A stretch of DNA of 64,000 nt from Macrostomum lignano. Lineage: Eukaryota. Made by a program: the position numbers and the translations under genes. Under the pieces are notes generated by a model that was not told where the DNA came from, ran no database searches, and saw nothing but the letters and a program-made list of their open reading frames with translations. The DNA is taken from positions 1 through 64,000 of the forward strand of contig NIVC01000831.1 in assembly GCA_002269645.1 (NCBI GenBank). The letters are read 5' to 3'. Below are positions 58,724 through 64,000 of this stretch, in pieces. Each line of letters opens with the position of its first letter. The first letter of the stretch is position 1.

Positions 58724-61700
58724 ATGAAGCTGTACTCTCTGCAAGTGCTGTACAAGTCTGAGACTTCGGATCAGGCCACGCCTCTGATTGTAGCTCACGA
58801 TCTCAACTCGTTTGGATTCTTCGAGAAGAAGGCGTAAGTTATTTTTGGTGTCTGCGTCCTCTTCACTTCATCTCTAACACTGCATCTCATTCACTCTCCA
58901 TCTCATTCACTCTCCCCATCTCATTCACTCTACATCTCATTCACTCTCCCCATCTCATTCACTCTCTCCCCATCTCATTCACTCTCTCCCCATCTCATTC
59001 ACTCTCCATCTCATTCACTCTCCCCATCTCATTCACTCTCCCCATCTCATTCACTCTACATCTCATTCACTCTCCATCTCATTCACTCTCCATCTCATTC
59101 ACTCTCTAACTCATTCACTCTACCTCTCATTCACTCTCTCCCCATCTCATTCACTCTCCATCTCATTCACTCTCCATCTCATTCACTCTCTAACTCATTC
59201 ACTCTCTCCCCATCTCATTCACTCTCCATCTCATTCACTCTCTCCCCATCTCCTTCACTCTCCATCTCATTCACTCTCCATCTCATTCACTCTCTAACTC
59301 ATTCACTCTACATCTCATTCACTCTCTCCCCATCTCATTCACTCTCCATCTCATTCACTCTCCATCTCATTCACTCTCTCCATCTCATTCACTCTCTCCA
59401 TCTCATTCACTCTCTCCATCTCATTCACTCTCCATCTCATTCACTCTCCATCTCATTCACTCTCTAACTCATTCACTCTACATCTCATTCACTCTCTCCC
59501 CATCTCCTTCACTCTCCATCTCATTCACTCTTCATCTCATTCACTCTCCATCTCATTCACTCTCCATCTCATTCACTCTCTCCCCATCTCCTTCACTCTC
59601 CATCTCATTCACTCTTCATCTCATTCACTCTCCATCTCATTCACTCTCTCCCCATCTCCTTCACTCTCCATCTCATTCACTCTTCATCTCATTCACTCTC
59701 CATCTCATTCACTCTCCATCTCATTCACTCTCTCCCCATCTCCTTCACTCTCCATCTCATTCACTCTCTCCATCTCATTCACTCTCTCCATCTCATTCAC
59801 TCTCTCCATCTCACCCACTCTCTCCATCTCAATCTCCCCCTTTCAATCTCTCAATCTCACCTATTCATCTCCCCCCCTCGGCCCATCGCAGGGTGAAGGA
59901 GTTCATGGACTTCACAGGCAAGCTGATTGTGGAACGTTCGCAGCGCTGCAATCGCAGCAAAGTTCGCGAGCAGGCCTACATCTGTCACTGCTACATCAGG
60001 GGCGATTATCTAGCCGGCATCTGCATCTCAGATGACGAATATCCCGATAGGGTCGCTCAGACCCTGCTTAACAACGTTCGTTTATTCTACCTGAATTAGC
60101 TTGTACTATGTTAATTTTAGACCCTGAAACTGCTGCAATATTTACTTTAAAAACTTGATTTCAGATTCTGGACGAATTCACCAAGGAATATCCTGCTTCC
60201 AGCTGGTCGAGCTTGCAGCCTGGGTTAGTGAACAATGGTCTCCATCTTTGTCTATTAGGAAGGACTAAAACGGCCCTTTTAAGGGCCATCCCCTCATCAT
60301 CAGTTTTGTAAGAGAGTTCTTTTTTTCATCATTTTTACTACGAGTATCATCTCGTTCCTCCTCACGGCTTGTACTTTGGAAATAACTCAAAACGGCCCTT
60401 TTCAGGACACCTTTTTCATAGACCTATGTGCAAAATTGGTGTTTTTAGCATATTTTGAAAGCTAACCTGAAGTCTAAATTTTTACTAAAGCAGTGGTCGG
60501 GAAACTTTTTTACGTCAAGCGCCAGATAAAGAATCCAACTCAAGTGGAAAGGATAGGGAATGAAAAATTAGAGATGAAAAAAGAGAGGAGATGCAGGAGA
60601 TGTGATGAGAGAATCACATCTGATGAGAATCACATCAGATAAGAGAGAGAAGTGGAGAGGAGCGAGGAAATGGGAGCGGAGGGAGGAGTTGAAAGAGGAA
60701 ATGGGAGAGGAGAGAGGAGAGAGGAGTGGGAAGAGATGAAACGGGAGAGAAGAGGAAAGAGGATAGAGAGGAAAGAAGATGAAAGAGGGGAGAAGAGGAG
60801 AGAGGGGAGAGAGGAGAAAAGAGGAGAGAGGAGAGAGGGGAAAGAGGAGAGAAAAGAAAAGAGGAGAGAGGAGAGAGGGGAAAGAGGGGAGAGAGGAGAG
60901 AAGAGGAGAGAGGAAAGAGGGGAGAGAGGAGAGAAGAGGAGAGAGGAAAGAGGGGAGAGAGGAGAGAAGAGGAGAGAGGAAAGAGGGGAGAGAGGAGAGA
61001 AGAGGAGAGAGGAAAGAGGGGAGAGAGGAGAGAAGAGGAGAGAGGAAAGAGGGGAGAGAGGAGAGAAGAGGAGAGAGGAAAGAGGGGAGAGAGGAGAGAA
61101 GAGGAGAGAGGAAAGAGGGGAGAGAGGAGAGAAGATGAAAGAGGAGAGAAGAGGAGAGAGGAGAGAAGAGGAAAGAGGGGAGAGAGGAGAAAAGAGGAGA
61201 GAGGAAAGAGGAGAGAAGAGGAGAGAGGAAAGAGGAGAGAAGAGGAAAGAGGGGAGAGAGGAGAGAAAAGGAAAGAGGGGACAGAGGAGAAAAGAGGAGA
61301 GAGGAGAGAAGAGGAAAGAGGGGAGAGAGGAGAGAGGAGAGAAGAGGAGAGAGGAGAGAAGAGGAAAGAGGGGGAGAGAAGACTGAGAGAGCTGAGAAGA
61401 GACAAACCTTGAGCGACCGGATTGCTATTGTGAAGTTTTAAAGGCCCTGAGGGCCGAATAGAGTGGTTTCGCGGGCCGGCGTTTGTCGAAACTAAAATTC
61501 TCGGAGGGAGGAGTTGAAAGAGGAAATGGGAGAGGAGAGAGGAGAGAGGAGTGGGAAGAGATGAAACGGGAGAGAAGAGGAAAGAGGATAGAGAGGAAAG
61601 AAGATGAAAGAGGGGAGAAGAGGAGAGAGGGGAGAGAGGAGAAAAGAGGAGAGAGGAGAGAGGGGAAAGAGGAGAGAAAAGAAAAGAGGAGAGAGGAGAG

Positions 61701-62684
61701 AGGGGAGAGAGGAGAGAAGAGGAAAGAGGGGAGAGAGGAGAGAAGAGGAGAGAGGAAAGAGGGGAGAGAGGAGAGAAGAGGAGAGAGGAAAGAGGGGAGA
61801 GAGGAGAGAAGAGGAGAGAGGAAAGAGGGGAGAGAGGAGAGAAGAGGAGAGAGGAAAGAGGGGAGAGAGGAGAGAAGAGGAGAGAGGAAAGAGGGGAGAG
61901 AGGAGAGAAGAGGAGAGAGGAAAGAGGGGAGAGAGGAGAGAAGAGGAGAGAGGAAAGAGGGGAGAGAGGAGAGAAGAGGAGAGAGGAAAGAGGGGAGAGA
62001 GGAGAGAAGATGAAAGAGGAGAGAAGAGGAGAGAGGAGAGAAGAGGAAAGAGGGGAGAGAGGAGAAAAGAGGAGAGAGGAAAGAGGAGAGAAGAGGAAAG
62101 AGGGGAGAGAGGAGAGAAAAGGAAAGAGGGGACAGAGGAGAAAAGAGGAGAGAGGAGAGAAGAGGAAAGAGGGGAGAGAGGAGAGAGGAGAGAAGAGGAG
62201 AGAGGAGAGAAGAGGAAAGAGGGGGAGAGAAGACTGAGAGAGCTGAGAAGAGACAAACCTTGAGCGACCGGATTGCTATTGTGAAGTTTTAAAGGCCCTG
62301 AGGGCCGAATAGAGTGGTTTCGCGGGCCGGCGTTTGTCGAAACTAAAATTCTCGTCTAAAACGACCCTTTTAGGGACCGATTCTCCCATTGGCAATCGTG
62401 TCTCTAATCCCGCTTGTGTCGCACTCACCCGCAGGCAGGTACAGTTCAAGCAGCTGGAGTCAGATCTGGCCCGCTACCAAGATCCAAAACAAGCGGACGC
62501 TATGATGCGAATCCAAAGTGAAATCGACGAGACTAAAGGCATCCTGAGCCAGACTATGGACAGCCTGTTGCAGCGCGGCGAGAAACTGGACGATCTGGTG
62601 GCCAGATCTGACGCGCTTAGCGCCCAGAGCAAGGCCTTCTATCAGACGGCTAAGAAGACTAACCGATGCTGCACTTTGCTGTAA
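58724..62684 (+). CDS. YKT6: Longin R-SNARE YKT6, 200 aa, 4 exons
   Basis: Exons 58724-58833, 59892-60075, 60165-60223, 62435-62684; MKLYSL start, DEYPDRVAQTLL, RGEKLDDLV (R layer), SKAFYQTAKKTNRCCTLL with C-terminal CC-aaX. Confidence 0.94.
58880..59820. repeat. 16-20-bp pyrimidine-rich minisatellite (ctctccatctcattca)n, YKT6 intron 1
   Basis: Direct tandem array. Confidence 0.92.
60677..62354. repeat. Two tandem copies of an about 830-850-bp unit (purine-rich GA repeat plus about 115-bp unique tail), YKT6 intron 3
   Basis: The tail agacaaaccttgagcgaccgg...cgaaactaaaattctcg occurs at about 61400-61503 and 62250-62354. Confidence 0.9.
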
Positions 62685-64000
62685 CGCTCACCCGGTTTTC
62701 TTGACTTGCCCAGTCAGAGAGCAACTTGGCAATCTCAGATTCTCAGATTCCGATTTTCAATTGTTTCCAACGTCACACATGGGTTCACGTTTCCAACAAT
62801 AAACCAGTTATTGATAAGAAAAATCTGTTTTCTTTTAAGTTGCGATAGAATAGATTACATATTTCTTATAGTCTACTGATAATGAAGATTGCAGTAGGCA
62901 AGTAGCGAGTTTTGATACTATTATTTATTTTGGTAATAAAAGGACAGTTTAAAAGTGTCAAAATAACTGACACACTTGTTGCAATCATTCCTGCGGTATT
63001 GGTCTGGTTAAAATGAATCCTCTTTATGACTTTTCCATGGCTGGTTTGAAACAACATATTATCAATTGAAAATCTAGGTTAATTAAGTTAATTACACAAC
63101 ATATCGGCAGTGAACCCAAAGTTTTGGGTTAAATTAGGCGAAGAAGCGAAGCGCGCTTTCTCACTTAGGCTAATCTGTGTTACTGCAACACGGAACATTT
63201 TTTCGATTCGATTCTGTTTATTTATGCCTGAATGAAAATTACTTATTATAATCATAATTTTACTTAATATTTGTCTTAAATGTTGTCTCAGCTCTTGGCC
63301 TATCCAATCCCTCAGCTCTATTAACTCATTTATTATCATACTAATTTAACAATCCTTGCTACTGTCGGACGTATATTGAGATTGATTCGGTAGAAAATTA
63401 TTTTTCAACTTTTAAAATAAAAAAGACACGCTCGAGATGATGCCTCTTAATTCTTTTATTTGTAGTTTACGTGATTGGTGTCAGTTTCGCCCCGAGATAA
63501 ATTTAATTTGTTCCAAAAAGCAATAAAACTTTGTTTGTTTGTATTTTTGTTGCTTCCATGCTCCGTGTCTGCTTGTTTTGAATTGCATCAGTCTGTCAAT
63601 CTGCCCCGCCACTCCCCTCGAAATTGTTTTATTGTCCTTATATTACTGGATTATGTTTACAAAAACATCACTGAAATTATAATAATGTTTCTAATAAAAG
63701 ATTATTAGTTCAGGAAATTGTTTAACTAAACAGATTTCTCTTCCCTACGCAGTGAAGCGAAGCCCCCTGATTCCTAACTATTGTGCAGTCGTGGTTATTC
63801 TGTATGATATGCTCTCTGTCTTTATTATTTAGCTAGTGACAGCCGGCAGTTGTTGTAAAATTCTGTCCTCTGTCTTAGGAACAGAACAGATCGCTTTGCT
63901 GACACATTATTATATACATAAATGAAAATTAAAGTTGAATCGAGACCAATGTTTCGATAAAATATTAATTATTATAAGCCTGTTGTGTCGGCAAACTTGT

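Noticed and set aside
60635-62263. Glu/Arg-rich and Ser/Leu-rich ORFs
   Set aside because: Translations of a purine-only intronic repeat in YKT6 intron 3.

Overview
Eukaryotic (metazoan invertebrate) genomic DNA, not prokaryotic: spliced genes with GC-rich exons sit in AT-rich introns, and most introns carry their own minisatellite array. This style resembles a free-living flatworm such as Macrostomum, but that is only an inference. I reconstructed five spliced protein-coding genes by hand from GT-AG junctions: a tektin-3/5-like gene (minus strand, 9 exons, net 2-nt frameshift in exon 7, degenerate signature nonapeptide), a four-domain arginine kinase (plus, about 1456 aa, built from three near-identical 1080-nt phase-symmetric exons plus terminal exons), an ankyrin-repeat protein with a 33-bp coding repeat, RABL6 and YKT6. 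Also present: a tRNA-Leu(CAG) nested antisense in a RABL6 intron, an intact mariner transposon, three degenerate Tc1/mariner elements, an RTE-like LINE relic with an inverted 5' segment, two tRNA-derived SINEs, a hAT-type MITE and many tandem repeats. Most long ORFs in the supplied track are repeat or antisense artefacts. The strongest candidate for an unusual system is the single-polypeptide four-domain arginine kinase, whose exons look homogenised by concerted evolution and could be skipped in frame to give 1- to 4-domain enzymes.
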